Shown here: positions 25,809-39,562 of the stretch, in pieces
Layout of the letters: the number at the start of each line of letters is the position of its first letter
Position numbering within the stretch: position 1 is the stretch's first letter
From: Squalus acanthias
Taxonomy: Eukaryota
DNA: 64,000 nt
Assembly: GCA_030390025.1 (NCBI GenBank)
Contig: CM059433.1
Location: 19,718,001-19,782,000 of the forward strand
Direction: 5' to 3'
The notes under the pieces: generated by a model
Told to the model about the DNA's origin: nothing
Databases searched by the model: none
What the model saw: the letters and a program-made list of their open reading frames with translations, nothing else
Made by a program: the position numbers and the translations under genes

Positions 25809-27164
25809 ATCATAGAATCATAGAAGATAGGAGCAGGAGTAGGCCATTCGGCCCCTCGAGCCTGCTCCGCCATTCAATGCGATCATGGCTGATCATCCAA
25901 ATTCAGTACCCTGTCCCTGCCTTCTCCCCATATCCCTTGATCCCTTTAGCCTTAAGAAATATATCTAACTCCTTCTTGAATATATTTAATGAGTTGGCCT
26001 CAACTGCCTTCTGTGGTAGAGAATTCCACAGGTTCACCACTCTTTGGGTGAAGAAATTCCTCCTCATCTCTGTCCTAAATGGCTTACCCCTTATCCTTAG
26101 ACTGTGATCCCTGGTTCTGGACTCCCCGGCCATCGGGAACATCCTTCCTGCATCTAGTCTGTCTAGTCCTGTTAGAATTTTATAAGTTTCAATGAGATCC
26201 CCTCTCATTCTTCTAAACTCCAGCGAGTATAAGCCCAATCGACCCAATCTCTCTTCATACGTCATTCCTGCCATCCCAGGTATCAGTCTGGTGAATCTTC
26301 GCTGCACTCCCTCCATGGCAAGAACATCCTTCCTCAGATAAGGCGACCAAAACTGCACACAATACTCAAGATGTGGTCTCACCAAGGCTCTGTACAACTG
26401 CAGCAAGACATCCTTGTTCCTGTACTCGAACCCTCTCGCTACGAAGACCAACATACCATTTGCCTTCTTAACCGCCTGCTGCACCTGCATGCTTACCTTC
26501 AGCGACTGGTGCACAAGGACACCCAGGTCTCGTTGCACTTCCCCTTCTCCCAATCTATTGCCATTCAGATAATAATCTGCCTTCCTGAATTTGCCACCAA
26601 AGTGGATAACCTCGCATTTATCCACATTGTACTGCATTTGCCATGCATCTGCCCAATCACCCAACCTATCCAAATCATACTGGAGTTTCTCGGCATCCTC
26701 CTCACAGCACACACGCCCACCCAGCTTTGTGTTGTCTGCAAACTTGGAGATATTACATCTAGTTCCCTCGTCTAGATCATTAATATATATTGTGAATAGC
26801 TGGGGTCCTAGGACCGATCCCTGCGGTACCCCACTAGTCACTGCCTGCCACTCGGAAAAAGACCCGTTTATTCCAACTCTTTGCTTCCTGTCTGCCAACC
26901 AGTTCTCTATCCAAGTCAGGACCCTGCCCCCAATCCCATGTGCCTTAACTTTACACGCTAATCTCTTATGCGGGACCTTATCGAAAGCCTTCTAAAAGTC
27001 CAAATACACCACATCCACTGGTTCTCCCTTATCTATTTTACCAGTTACATCCTCAAAAGATTCCAGTAGATTAGTCAAGCACGATTTACCTTTTGTAAAT
27101 CCATGTTGACTTTGACCGATCCTGTCACTGTTTTCCAAGTGCTCTGCTATTACATCTTTTATTA
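25809..27164 (-). mobile_element. 5'-truncated CR1 (subfamily A), RT region
   Basis: ORF 25903-26898 with GVPQGSVLGP and KFADNTK; stop at 26992 within YLDF*KAF; catagaat tail. Confidence 0.93.
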
Positions 27165-27771
27165 CAGCTCCCAGTCTGGCATTCTCCTTTAATTTTTTTT
27201 TTTTGCAATTTAAAAATATAAATGGCACAGAACATGCAAAAACCCAATGTGCAATTGCTTCTGGAAAAGTCAAGTCTGTAAGCACAGCAAAAGGAACAAA
27301 AAATGATATCACCATCACCAATGGGAAATGAAGATAATTTCAGTGAAATGCACACTAGATAGTGGTCAGATTTAAATGTGACAGTATTCTCACTTTTTAA
27401 TAGAAGAAGGAGCTTTGGCAACAAGAAGTAACGAACTCGTAAAGACCAAAAAATTTGTCTTTAACTAGATGCATTGGAGAATCGAGCAGTAGATACAAAC
27501 TCCTGAAGGCTGCTTGGCATGTAGATACGAGCTGTCAAAGGCTGTCTGAAGCATGGAGATGATTTGATGAAGACTGCATGGATGCAGGATATGAGGTTCA
27601 GCAGCTTTGACAGAGGCCTCAGCAAACTTTCTCCATTCCTTGAGCAGTCTCAAAGAGGTGCACCTGCTGTAGGTTTTTTGGAAACTTTTTGTTTATATGT
27701 CAAATATAAGCTAAGAAATGACACTGTGTGCTGATAGAATACCAATGCTTAATGTGTTGGCAAAAAATAAT

Positions 27772-28533
27772 GGGCCGTATTTTGCGAACCCTATGGATGC
27801 GTACGCGGTGCGCACGCGCCCGTAGGGGCCGCGCAAGTTCCGGGTTTAGTTAGGTGAAGCTCATGGACTAAAACCCGGAACTTGCGATCTGTCTAGAATC
27901 TTCTTGACAGATCCTCCGCATCCCCGGGAGATGGGCCTCCGCGGGTGGAGAGTTGTGCTATTTGCCCAACTTCCGCCCGCTGAATCCCTGTGAAATTCTT
28001 ACGCCTGGTAAAAGCAGACGTAAGGCCTGCTTTTACCCGCATAAGAGTTCCAAAAAATAGAAAAATAAAATGTTATCACTCATTTATACATTAAAAACCC
28101 TATCCAATAAGGTAAGTTTATTTTTAGCCCCGTTAAAACATATAAATTTATTTTTCAAAAAATTAAATTTTTGTTTAAAATATTAAATGGCATTTTAATT
28201 AATTTTAAATAGGTAATGTTTTTTAATTTATTTCATGTGTTTGTGTATTTTTTCAGTGATCCCCGTTCATATTTATGGCAATGCCGTACGTACGGCACTC
28301 CCATAAGTATGAATGGGGATTCCCTTCTTTTATTGGTTGGGCCGGCCCACGTGATCCCAGGGGCGCTTGCGAACCGCATGCGCCCCGAGCTACGTGGGCC
28401 TGTGCCCGCACGTACCCGGAGAGGCCCAGGATCGCAAGTCTCCGTACCTCCCGGGCCATCAGGTAAATTCGTAGATTTTTTACAGGTCGCAGGCCTCCGC
28501 CCGCGGGAAGCCTCTGATTACAAATTTTGGGCC
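27772..28533. mobile_element. Harbinger-type MITE with GC-rich arms and AT-rich centre
   Basis: Ends gggccgtattttg / caaattttgggcc; TSD AAT; related to 41661-42404. Confidence 0.8.
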
Positions 28534-28729
28534 AATGTGTTAAACATTTGCCCATTAATATAGCACAGTATGATTTCTAGGCACTTGTCTTTATAATAAA
28601 ACCCCTTTAACTTGGACAGGATTAGGAAGCTGTGCACAGCAATCCTGCCTTTCTTGTTGATATGTAAGAGTAATTTAATGAAAGTTAGTTTTTATCATCC
28701 TATTTCTTTGAAGAAGTAACAGAAAGAGT

Positions 28730-29232
28730 ACATAGGAATAGGAATAGTCCATTCAGCCTGTTCCGCCATTCAATTAGATCATCGGTGATCTGTATCTTAA
28801 CTCCATTGACCTGCCTTGGTTCCGTAACCCGTAATACCCTTGACTAACAAAAATCTATTTATCTCAGTTTTGAAATTTTCAATTGACCTAGCCTCAGCAG
28901 CTTTTTGGGGGAGAGAGTTCTAAATCTCCACTACCCTTTGTGTGAAGAAGTGCTTCCTGACATCACTCCTGAACGGCCTAGCTCTAACTTTTAAGGTTAT
29001 AACTCCTTGTTCTGGACTCCCAACCAGAGGAAATAGTTTGTCTCTATCTACCCTATATGCTCCTTTGATCATCTTAAACAGATCACCCCTTAATCCTCCA
29101 TATTCAAGAGAATACAAGCCTTGTCTATGCAACCTATCCTCATCACTTAACTCTTTAAGCCCTGGTATCATTCTGGTGAATCTGCACTGCACCCCCTCTA
29201 AGGCCAGTATATCCTTCCTGAGATGTGGTGCT
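28730..29232 (-). mobile_element. CR1 3' fragment, lying inside an older + strand CR1 RT remnant (~28700-28729 and ~29360-29580)
   Basis: ORF RFTRMIPGLKEL...FFTQRVV; flanks translate to FFEEVTERV and DFEKAFDKV. Confidence 0.8.
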
Positions 29233-29358
29233 AACCTCCCGCTGAATTTCGTGAGAGGCGTTAGCGGCGCTGCCCCCGGGCGCTAGGGGATTCGCACCCC
29301 ATTAGTGCCCACCCCGGAGGCGCTAATGAGAGGCGCAAATCAACCCAATTTTTCCCCC
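29231..29358 (-). mobile_element. Isolated Harbinger left-terminus fragment
   Basis: Reverse complement gggggaaaaattgggttgatttgcgcctc matches 8501ff; closely similar to 31925-32050. Confidence 0.8.
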
Positions 29359-29589
29359 TTGGATTTTGAAAAGGCCTTCGATAAGGTAGCACATAGTAGA
29401 CTCATGACTAGTCATGTGGAGTCATGGGAACAAGTAGCAAGCTGGCTACAAAATAGAAAACAGACAGTAGGGGTTAAAGGTAGTTACTCAGACTGACAGA
29501 AGGGAGCGGTGCTGGGACTACAGTTGTTCACCATTTACGTAAATGATTTGTACTCGGGAATCGGAAGTACAATTTCAAAATCACTGCCC

Positions 29590-30350
29590 TTCTCTCTCCT
29601 CATCGCCATGCATCTTCTTCTGCTTCAAATATTCATCCAATTTCCTCTTATAATCTATAATGGTTTCTGCCTCAACTCTTCCCTGTGTCAAAGCATTCCA
29701 TTCTCCAACAACCCTCTGTAAAGATCTTTCTTCCAACCTCTCTCCTCACTCTTAGTGATCATTTTAAATTGATGACTCCTCATCAGCGACTCCCAAACCA
29801 GAGAAAATAGTCTTTCCCTATTCACCCAATCAAACCCCTTCATACTGGTAAAAACCTTGATTAAATCTCCTCTTAGCCTTCTCTGCTGCAGTGAAAATAG
29901 TCCCTGTATAAATCTCTTCTCATTACTATAGTTTCCCATCCCTTGTAGTTGTCTGATGAATCTTTCTGATGAATCTGATGAATTTTATGATGAATATTTC
30001 AATGTCATTGATATTCCCACTTGCATATTTTGAATAATTAAATTTAGATCCCAAGCTGCCTCCTGATAATTAATTGCCACTTCGAGTTATTTTACCATCA
30101 GCAAGTTTGACCAATTTTCACCGAGCTTCTAAATCCAGGTTATTAGTGTGAACTGGAAATAGTATGATCAATACTGATCCCTGGGACACCGCACTCAGTA
30201 CCTGCCCACACCCTGACAAAGCTCCTGTAACAAGTACGTGTTGCTTTCTATCCTTCAACCAATTTCTTATCCATTCCATGAGGATCTCCCATCACTTTAA
30301 TCTTGAATAGTAGCTTTAGGTGCAAAATTATGTCACATGCTTTCTGGAAG
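29590..30350 (-). mobile_element. Decayed CR1 fragment
   Basis: GLFSLQQRRLRGDLI, and GVPQG-like sequence near 30180. Confidence 0.7.
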
Positions 30351-30363
30351 TTTAGAGTCGCTA

Positions 30364-30632
30364 GGGGTGAAATTAGTCTTGGCCGCAGTGCGAAACGGGT
30401 GCTAGCGAATCACAAGTCGACATTGATTGAAGGCAATGGAGAAGAAAATCGGGCAGTGTGTGAAATGGGCTGCCGACTGTTTTGTGCTACAGGCTTAAGT
30501 CCAATTAGAAGGCTGTGCTGATAGCCTGAGATGAAGTAAAGTGAGAGGAGGCATGTTTGGAGCATAAACACCAGCATAGACCAGTTGGGCCGAATGGCCT
30601 GTTTCTGTGCTGTAATTTCTATGTAATTCTAT
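30364..30632 (+). mobile_element. Short MITE remnant (30364-~30500) followed by a CR1-B 3' tail (~30510-30632)
   Basis: ggggtgaaatt terminus as at 45662; gggccgaatggcctgtttctgtgctgtaa...ctatgtaattcta tail. Confidence 0.65.
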
Positions 30633-31584
30633 TTGACTTCAATAGATTTTTAGTAATAATGCACTTGCATTGTATATTTTATGTAATGGAGTAGTGTGTA
30701 AAGCATAAGATGTTCATCCTATTTGTCTCACGCAGCACCTCTGGGATCCAGCACTGTGACCTTTAATAGCAAGTTGCACATAGCCAAACAAATAAAGCCG
30801 TCTGTAAACTGAAAATGCACTGGGACAATCCGAACTTTCAAAAATGTTGGCAAGCATGTTGAGTAGGGATTCAACAGAGCCAGTTTTTTTTAGCCTTGGA
30901 AAGCTTTGGAACAACAATGCCTAGTGCAGAGCATAAGAATATATAAAAAAAGGTTTGATTGCGCGTAGGCAACTGTGGGCAATTACATTGCACAGATGAC
31001 ATTTGCAATCCAGGAACTCTTCCAAATTTTCAATGCAGTATTTGATCCTCTTTCTATGTCTATGTTTATCCCTAAAGCCTTATTTCTTATTCCTAGCCCT
31101 ATATTTATGTTTTTGTTTTGAAGGAGACAATTAACTTGGCATTAATTGCATTTGCTGGGAGTCTGTTCTACATATCCACCAATGCATGGAGGAAAAAAAA
31201 ATCTTTTAATTTGTAGTCTTGCTAATTTGAAATTTGTGCCCTCTAGTTCTCTGCCCACAGTTCATGTTAAAAACATGCTTGTATCTACATTATCCGTTAC
31301 TCTCAGTATTTTAAGCTGTTCTTATACTGCACGTCCAGTCTGAAACCGGGAGCCACAGAGAGCTGGTTGCAACCCCCAATATTGTGTCTATTCTGGGGGC
31401 AAATCATACTGTCATTGCTTACTCACATGGTTCCCGATGGTAAATTTTCAGTGATTTGAAAGTGTGCGTGGCCCTTTTCAAACTCTGAAAGCATTAAATA
31501 AAATGGAATCTTATAAAAGGCCCAAGAAGTCCAATGGACAATTGAGCACTTCTAAGACATGGCTTGGCACCATATTCAGGTGTC

Positions 31585-32050
31585 GGCACGTAGCGCCGCG
31601 GTATTGCAGGCCTCCCTCCCCTGATTAAAGGGGAGGGGCCTAGCGCTGTGCGCACCGGGGCCCTGCTGGACCACCGGGGATCGGGGTGCCCCCTTGTGAG
31701 TGCTGGGCTGACCGATCGCGGCCGGCACCCCGCATAGAAAAGTGGACGGGGGCAGGTGCTGGCAGGCGGCCGAAAAAAATGGCCGTCCGGCACCTTCCCT
31801 TTAATTTGTGCCGCCACGGCCGCAAAAACAGCACCCTGACCCTGTCGAACATATCGTCTGGCGGTAGGTCAGGGGGCGTGACTGAAGGCGCAGCGCCGCG
31901 GGGCGCTACCGGCTACCGCCATCACTAACCTCCCACTGAATTTCACGGGAGGCATTAGCGGTGCCGCGCCCGGGCGCTAGGGACTCGTGCCCCATTAGCG
32001 CCCACCGGGGGCGCTAACGGGAAGCGCAAAGCAACCCAGTTTTTTCCCCC
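31585..32050 (-). mobile_element. Truncated non-autonomous Harbinger element (left end, reverse orientation)
   Basis: Ends ttttttccccc; many tagcgcc/ggcgcta motifs; homologous to 8501ff. Confidence 0.78.
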
Positions 32051-32109
32051 ATGGGGTCAGAAGCTCAGCTCAGGGCTACGCAGGACAGCTAGTTTATAAA
32101 TAATCTGAT

Positions 32110-32500
32110 TCGGCCTGAGACTATGGTTGAGGGATGGAGTCAGTAGCAAGGGTATGTTTGTGCTGGGGATCAAAGACAATGGCTTCGGCCTTCCCAATGT
32201 TTAGCTGGAGGAAGTAATGGCTCATCCAAGACACACTGTCAGACAGTACAGAGAAAGCAGAGGGGTTGAATGAGGTGGTGGAGAGGTACAGCTGGGTTTA
32301 ATCGGCGTTCATGTGGCAGCTGACCTCATGTCTGTGGATGACGTTGCCAAAAGGTATTATGTAGATTGGGAAGAGGAGGGGGCTAATGATAGATCCCTGG
32401 GGATGCGAGAAATGACAGTATGGGGTGGGAAGAAAAGCAATTGCTATAGATGCTCTGGTTATGATTAGATAGCTAAGCATGGAAGCAAGCAAGTCTCAGC
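32110..32500 (-). mobile_element. Decayed L2 RT fragment
   Basis: PQGSIISPLLF...HMNAD on the minus strand. Confidence 0.65.
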
Positions 32501-32793
32501 ATCAGTGTTCCTACACAATGTTGTTATCTCTTTTATGTAATGTAACAAAATTCTTCCATGGAGTTATCCAAAAAAGAAACATTTATTTTGGATCAATGAG
32601 TGTTACAAATTTGGCATGCCTTAGTTACCTTCTTAGGTTCAGTGACGTCAGTCACTCCGTAAGCAGGTCCCATGTCCATTATGTTCCAGAGCTGACTCAC
32701 ATTGCCTAATGTTTCTTTCTACCCAGAGGATGGAACAATATGCACCGCCCCCTTGGCATACAAATTGGATATTATGTCTTTCATACGTGCCTC

Positions 32794-34265
32794 CCCAACT
32801 CTTGACCTCTCCGTCCTTGAAAACTACCGCCCCATCTCCAACCTCCTTTTCCTCTCCAAAGTCCTTGAACGTGTTGTCACCTCCCAAATCTGTGCCGATC
32901 TTTCCTGGAACTCCATGTTTGAATCCCTCCAATCAGGTTTCTGCCCCGCCACAGTACCGAAACGGCTCTTATCAAAGTCACAAATGACATCCTATGTGAC
33001 TGTGACAAAGGTGAACTATCCCTCCTCGTCTTTCTTGACCTGTCTGCAGCCTTTGACATGGTTGACCACTCCATCCTCCTCCAACCCCTCTCCACCGTCG
33101 CCCAGCTGGGTGGGACTGCACTCGCCTGGTTCCATTCTTGTCTATCTAATTGTAGCAAGAGAATCACCTGCAATGGCTTCTCTTCCCGCTCCCGCATTGT
33201 TACCTCTGGTGTCCCCTAAGGATCTATCCTTGGCCCCCTCCTATTTCTTATCTACAGGTTGCCCCTTGGAGACATCATCCGAAAGTGTCAGTTTCCACAT
33301 GTACGCTGATGACACCCAGCTCTACCTCACCACCACCTCTCTCGACCTCTCCACGGTCTCGAAATTGTCAAACTGCTTGTCCAACATCCAGTTCTGGATG
33401 AGCAGAAATTTCCTCTAATGAAATATTGGGAAGACCGAAGCCATTGTCTTCGGTCCCCACCACAATCTCCGTTCCCTAGCCACTGACTTTATCCCTCTCC
33501 CGTTATCTGTCTGAGACTGAACCACACTGTTCGTAATCTTGTTGTCATATTTGACCCTGAAATGAGCTTCTGATCAAATATCCATGCCATAACTAAGATC
33601 GCCTATTTCCACCTCCATAACATTGCCCAACTCCTCCCCTGCCTCAGCTCATCCGTTGCTGAAACCCTCATCCATGCCTTTGTTACCTCTAGACTTGACT
33701 ATTCCAACGCACTCCTGGCTGGCCTCCCACGTTCTACCCTACGTAAACTTGAGGTTCTCCAAAACTTTGCTGTCTGTGTCCTAACTCGCACCAAGTCCCG
33801 TTCACCCATCACCCCTCTGCTCGCTGACCTACATTGGCTCCCGGTTAAGCAACGCCTCGATTTTAAAATTCTCATGCTTGTTTTCAAATCCTTCCATGGC
33901 CTCGCCCCTCCCTATCTCTGTAATCTCCTCCAGCCACACAACCCCCCGAGATATCTGCGCACCTCTAATTCTGGCCTCTTGAGCATCCCTGATTATAATC
34001 GCTCAACCATTGGTGGCCGTGCCTTCTGTTGCCTAGGCCCTAAGCTCTGGAAGTCCCTGCCTAAACCTCTCCGCCTCTCTACCTCTCTGTCCTCCTTTGA
34101 GACGCTCCTTAAAACCTACCTCTTTGACCAAGCTTTTGGTCATCTGCCCTAACTTCTCCTTATGTGGCTCGGTGTCAAATTTTGTTTGGTAACGCTCCTG
34201 TAAAGCACCTTGGGATGTTTTACTACATTAAAGGCGCTATATAAATACAAGTTGTTGTTGTTGTT
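32794..34265 (+). mobile_element. 5'-truncated L2-clade LINE (RT and 3' end)
   Basis: NYRPISNL, DLSAAFD, HMYADDTQLY, LHWLPV, LKTYLF motifs across frames; aaggcgctatataaat plus (gtt)n tail. Confidence 0.92.
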
Positions 34266-35129
34266 CTCACATACAATTCTCCAGCTTTCATAGGCAGGCT
34301 GTTCATATTTCAGTGAGATGAGACCAGAATGTAAAATGAAGCTCTTTTATTTCTCAGACAGCCAACGAACATATAGAACAACAGTATGATTCGACTCACT
34401 TAATTCAATCAGTTCAACTTGTCTTCACGCAGTAATACAAAATAATGAAGACCCTATGCTCCCCCCCCCCACCTCCCCCCTCAATCAGTGGTTCATCTTG
34501 CTTGATAAGTTAACTCTCCTTCCTGCATCCTAACTTTCTGAGTCTGGGCAAAAGCTTGCACTGGCGGCTTTCTGTTTGACAACCTAACTTTGTTAGGTGT
34601 TTCAGTCCCTATTTTTCTTTTCCTGTGTTCACAGCCAGAGGGGAGCGCTTATGGCAAACTATCCCTGCCCGAGTGTCTAGGACCAGGAACCTCCCAACAC
34701 AGTCGGTACGAGGTGTTTCTCAATTACCAAAATAGGCTAACAAATTGACTATTTTTCGTCCTTTGGGAAAACAACTTCAAAACCTAACTCATTAGCATTT
34801 TAACCATCTTTGGTCTCAGTGCTTTTTTAAAAAAAAACTTGTATGAGTACACTTTGCAAAAGAAAACACTGTTCAAATGTAACTCTTTTCCAAACCCTTT
34901 CTATGGAAAAATGGTCAAAAGATTTCAAAATGTGACAGTGGCCTATGCCAAGGACAGTTGGGGTGTGGTACTTTTTGTTCAAGTGGGAATTATATACAGC
35001 AAGAAAAAAACATGACACAATCCTCTGAAGTGTAAACTATTTAAAGCTTTACTACCACGGACATGAGCATCCTGCTAAATTGAAATGATACTGCAACCAA
35101 CTGTTGACCTTTTATGTCGATTTACAGTG

Positions 35130-35391
35130 CAGGGATCCCTCCCCAACCGCCGGTTTGCCATACGCGGATTTCACGTGTACGCGGTTTCCGCTCTGCGACA
35201 ATTTTTGTCAACCGCGGCCGTGAAATTCGCGTATCCGCGGTTTTTCATTTCGGAATAAGGTAAAAAAACATGATTTCTGTGCTATTTATATGCTTTTTAT
35301 ATTGTGTTTATAGTGAATTGGCCAACCGCGGTTTTACTAACCACGGGGGGTTTTCAGGGACGTCTCCCCCGCGGTTGGGGAGGGATTCCTG
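35130..35391. mobile_element. Tc1/mariner (Tigger/pogo-like) MITE
   Basis: TIRs cagggatccctccccaaccgc / gcggttggggagggattcctg; TA on the right, TG on the left. Confidence 0.78.
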
Positions 35392-36434
35392 TACAATTTA
35401 TTTTTGTTCCAAAGCAGTTGGTGTTATCAGTGCATTAACAAGCACCCTTAATTATTCTTTATAGATTAGGCAAGCAATGTGCTTAGAATTTGCAATGGTG
35501 AAACATTGCAATCCTTGAGGGGAATAATTAACTTCATGAGGAAAATGCATGTTTTCAATTTATTCTTGGCGGCACATTAAAAAACTTATAGATGACGATC
35601 AAGTGCATAAAAAATTGATTTTTACAGACAAGGACGGTGTGCAATTATGGCAAACCAGAAGAAAATGGCGTGTCCAAGTTCTATACTGTAAACAGAGAAC
35701 TTGCTGTTGTCTAGAGTGTTTCGGATTCGTGTGCCGGCCACAATGTCTGTGTATGGATGTGATCTTTTTAAACAAAGAGAACCCGCATAAATGCTCATTG
35801 CAGAAGACTTATAGTTATACTTGCATTTGGGCCAATAATTATTGGCAATCAAAAGCTGCATTATTGATGTACAAAGATTAAAATTTAAGAGGTAACAGTG
35901 TTGCATCAATATTGGGAACATTATGGAAATGGCCAAGCGCAAAGGTGGAAAAGACAGAGAAAAGTGAATCAAGGCCAAGGTATAATTGAAGGGGTTATAT
36001 ATAATTGATCATAAACTGTCAGCATTATGTTTGTTGATACAGGGTGCATTAAATTGGCTTGAATTACCGCTGGCTCTGGAGAATATATTGTTTTCATTCA
36101 GCTATTACATGTGTAAAAGTGTTTGGTTGAACAAGATCCCTGTAGATATCACATGATCGACAACATGCCCCTCTAGCTCTGTATACAGTGGTGGGTAGAA
36201 ATCAATATATGCTGCAATAAAAACCTGCAGTTTGAGTAATCCTGAAAACACTTAAGTAATATTTGTTAACTTCATATAATCTCATACATAATGCATACAC
36301 ACTATGGTACTTTTAATGAGTATGATTTTCAAAAATCTATTTTTGTCACATTCTCAAAATACCGTTTCAAACCAAATAACAGTGGTAGCAATTTGGTGTT
36401 TTGATTTTATATTTGACGCACAGAAATGAATAGT

Positions 36435-37333
36435 GGCAAGATTTTTTTACCTGCAGACCCGTTGGGTGCGTAGGGGGTGATGGGCAGTCTGGAGCTGCGC
36501 GGGAAACCTGGAAGTCTGGGTTTCCCCGCACGCTGTGGAGATTTAACTCCACAGCATGCGTCTGACGTCATTGATAGGTTTCCCGCCTGGATGTCAGCCT
36601 GATTGACAGGCTTGGCTTCCAGTTGGGTGGGGAACGCGCTAGAGGAGGCTGCAGGATCAGGTAAGTCCGATCCGCGACTCCAGAGGAGTTCCTATCTCTG
36701 ACCGTGGTGGGGGGGGGCGGTGGGGATCCGATCCCCGACCCCGGGGGTGGGTCCGATCCTCGACCCCGGGGGTGGATCTGATGCTGGGGCGGGTGGGGGT
36801 GCTGGCTGTGGGGTGGGTGCTGGTGGTGGGGGAGCTTGGCTGGGTTGAAGGACTCCTGCTCCTCCCGGTCCACAGGAAGTGCTCCCCGAGGCTGTCCTCA
36901 CCTCGCTGCAGCTGCCGGGATTCCCAAGGCCCAGGAAACCCGACCGGCCGCAGTAAATCCTGCAAAACAGGTTCAATCCGAGGCTTACGCCTCATTATCA
37001 CAGAATCCCAGAATCCCCACAGTGCAGATAGAGGCCATTTCGGCCCATCGAGCCTGCACCGACACATATCCCACCCTATCCCCGTAACCCCACGTATTTA
37101 ATCCCCCTAACACTAAGGGTCAATTTATCATAGCCAAATCAACCTAACCCGCACATATTTAAAGTGCCAGCCCGCCTCCTGGGAGCAGGTTGGCTGCCCG
37201 CCCTTTGTCCCACCTGAGTAAAAGCTGGAAGTCAGCGGGTTGGAGCCGGCTTCCCGACACTCTTCTAATTATTCTCCATCTAACCCCCCACCGAACCCAC
37301 TCCCACATGCTCACCTATGTTAAAATCCCCCCC
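36435..37333. mobile_element. GC-rich Harbinger-type MITE with an inserted SINE fragment
   Basis: Ends ggcaagattttt / taaaatccccccc; TSD AGT; internal short repeats ccgatcc.cgaccccggggg. Confidence 0.65.
36998..37156 (-). mobile_element. HE1-like (V-SINE) 3' fragment
   Basis: Minus strand atgtgcgggttaggttgatttggctatgataaattgacccttagtgt, then CR1-type tail gggccgaaatggcct...gattct repeats. Confidence 0.75.
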
Positions 37334-37424
37334 AGTATCTCTGAAACTGTCCTCGTACAGGAAATAGAAGGCTCACATTTAGTCTGAGGCTGGGGTTAAA
37401 AGACATTGTTGGAGTTGTGTCTTA

Positions 37425-37706
37425 CACATCCCCGATTTGCTTCACTCCACCCTTGGCGGCTGTGTCTTCAGCTGCCTAGGCCCTAAGCTCTGGAAATCCC
37501 TCCCTAAACCTCGCCACCTCTCTACCTCTCTCTCCTCCTTTAAGTCGCTTCTTAAGACCTACCTCTTTGACCAAGCTCTTGGTCACCTGTCCTAATATCT
37601 CCTTATGCTGCTCAGTGTTAAACTTTATTTGATAACGATCCTGTGAAGCGCCTTGGGATATTTTACTACGTTAAAGGCTCTATATAAATGCAAGTTGTTG
37701 TTGTTG
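37425..37706 (+). mobile_element. L2 3' fragment
   Basis: Matches 33980-34265, including the (gtt)n tail. Confidence 0.88.
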
Positions 37707-38296
37707 TGTTGTGGAGGCTTGACTCTGCATTTAATGTGGAAACAGCCAATACTCACGGTAAAGGGGTAAATTTCCCAGCGCGGAGCCTCACTCACCAATA
37801 GTATTGATCAGGAATTGTGGGCACTTGTCTTGTACAATTTCTAGGCCATTTAACTAATGGCTGAAAAAATATGTGCAGAGCGCGCCCAAGTTTCCCAGAT
37901 GCGGTACCAGTGGGTCAGGCTCCTCGCTGGGAGGTAAAATCAGAAAATTCCTTAAGTGGAAAAAGTGGGAAATTACCAGTGCTGGTCTCCAGTACTGAGT
38001 GGGGATATTCGTCAGCGTGAATTCTTCCTTTTGTATGGCTTTTCGCTGGCAGCAGCTCTCATATTGGATGATGGCCAACAATGTTCGTTCCCTCTGTTGA
38101 TTCGCAGTGGTTTCCACACTAAAGGATTGAGGGCTATGAGACAATAATTGAAATTTATTGAGCGATGGTCAATTGTTGTTTTTGAAAAAGTAGAATGATT
38201 TATGACACACCAGTCATTTTGACATTTAGAAGATATCATAAACCATGAAAGTAATGCCTCAGCCAGCCCAAGTATGGCCTTACTTTTATGCTTTCA

Positions 38297-38782
38297 AAAA
38301 AATTTATTCGTTCCTGGGATGTGGGCGTCGCTGGCAAGGCCAGCATTTATTGCCCATCCCTAATTGCCCTTGAGAAGGTGGTAGTGAGCCACCTTCTCGA
38401 ACTGCTGCAGTCCATGAGGTGTAGGTTTTCCTAGCAGTTTGATACAATTGAGTGGCTTGCTAGGCCATTTCAGAGGACAGTTAAGAGTCAACCACATTGC
38501 TGTGGGTCTAGAGTCACATATAGGCCAGACCAGGTAAGGGCAGCAGATTTCCTTCCCTAAAAGACATTAGTGAACCAGATGGGTTTTTAAGACAATCCAG
38601 TTGTTTCATGGTCACCATTACTGATACTAACTTTCCATTCCAGATTTTTTTTAAATTTAATAAACTGAATGTAAATTTCCCAGCTGCCATGGTGGGATGT
38701 GAATTCATGTCCCGCCAGATCATTAGTCCAGGCCTACTAGATTACAAGTACCAGTAACATAACCACTATGCTACTGTACCCA
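38297..38782 (-). mobile_element. Full-length SINE (MER131-like)
   Basis: tRNA-like head gtagcatagtggtta; core shared with 14540ff; tail gggcaataaatgctggccttgccagcgacgcccacatccc. Confidence 0.75.
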
Positions 38783-39562
38783 GACTAATGAAGCCCTGGT
38801 TCAGCAGAGAAACCCTCTTCATCTCCAGCCTTTCAGCATCGGATGAGGTAGGATGAATATCCTAGGGATATGAAATATATTTCATGGGGGGGGGATCTTG
38901 TCATCATATGGTACGCAGAAATATGCCTTGCTCCTTCCCTCATCTCTAACATTGTCTGGAAATTCTAATTCATTAGGTTCTGTTTATGGTTTTATATTGA
39001 ATTAACTGCACTCTCATAACAGCATGAATATCTATCCCCAATACTTTTTCCATTCTGCTTTTGACAATATTAGCCCCTTGTGAACAACTTAAGGTGACAC
39101 ATTTCCCCTTTTCCAGACTTGCAGTGGGACCATCTTACGTAAGGAGTTTAATTATTTGATGTTGGACACTGGCGCATAAACCATTAAAAATTACTACAGA
39201 GGGCTTAAAAAGGGACATGGCCTAATAACATGCATTAAAGTTGCAACCGGGCTATACAATGCTAACTGATCATATATTCATATTTAATTAACATTTTCAT
39301 TTCCATGGAAGTGTATAACTGGCAGCTGAATCGATATCGCCCAAAGTAAAAATCACCCCCAGTGACTGGGGAATCCAAAGTCCTGCGCCAATGGAGTGAT
39401 AAACTCATACCCACAATTTCACACATTGGAAGACAACAGTTTGAGAAGGAGTTACAAGTGGATGAGCGACTTGCCCCATCTTTGTCTTTTATGCTGGCTT
39501 GTGGCTGGTTACAGAGTGATTTAGTAGGGGTCTGAGAGGAAGTCACCAACCTGTCCTTCGAC

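Noticed and set aside
36720..36785. Short GC-rich direct repeats resembling an array
   Set aside because: Two to three imperfect units inside a MITE with no unique spacers; not CRISPR, and the DNA is eukaryotic.
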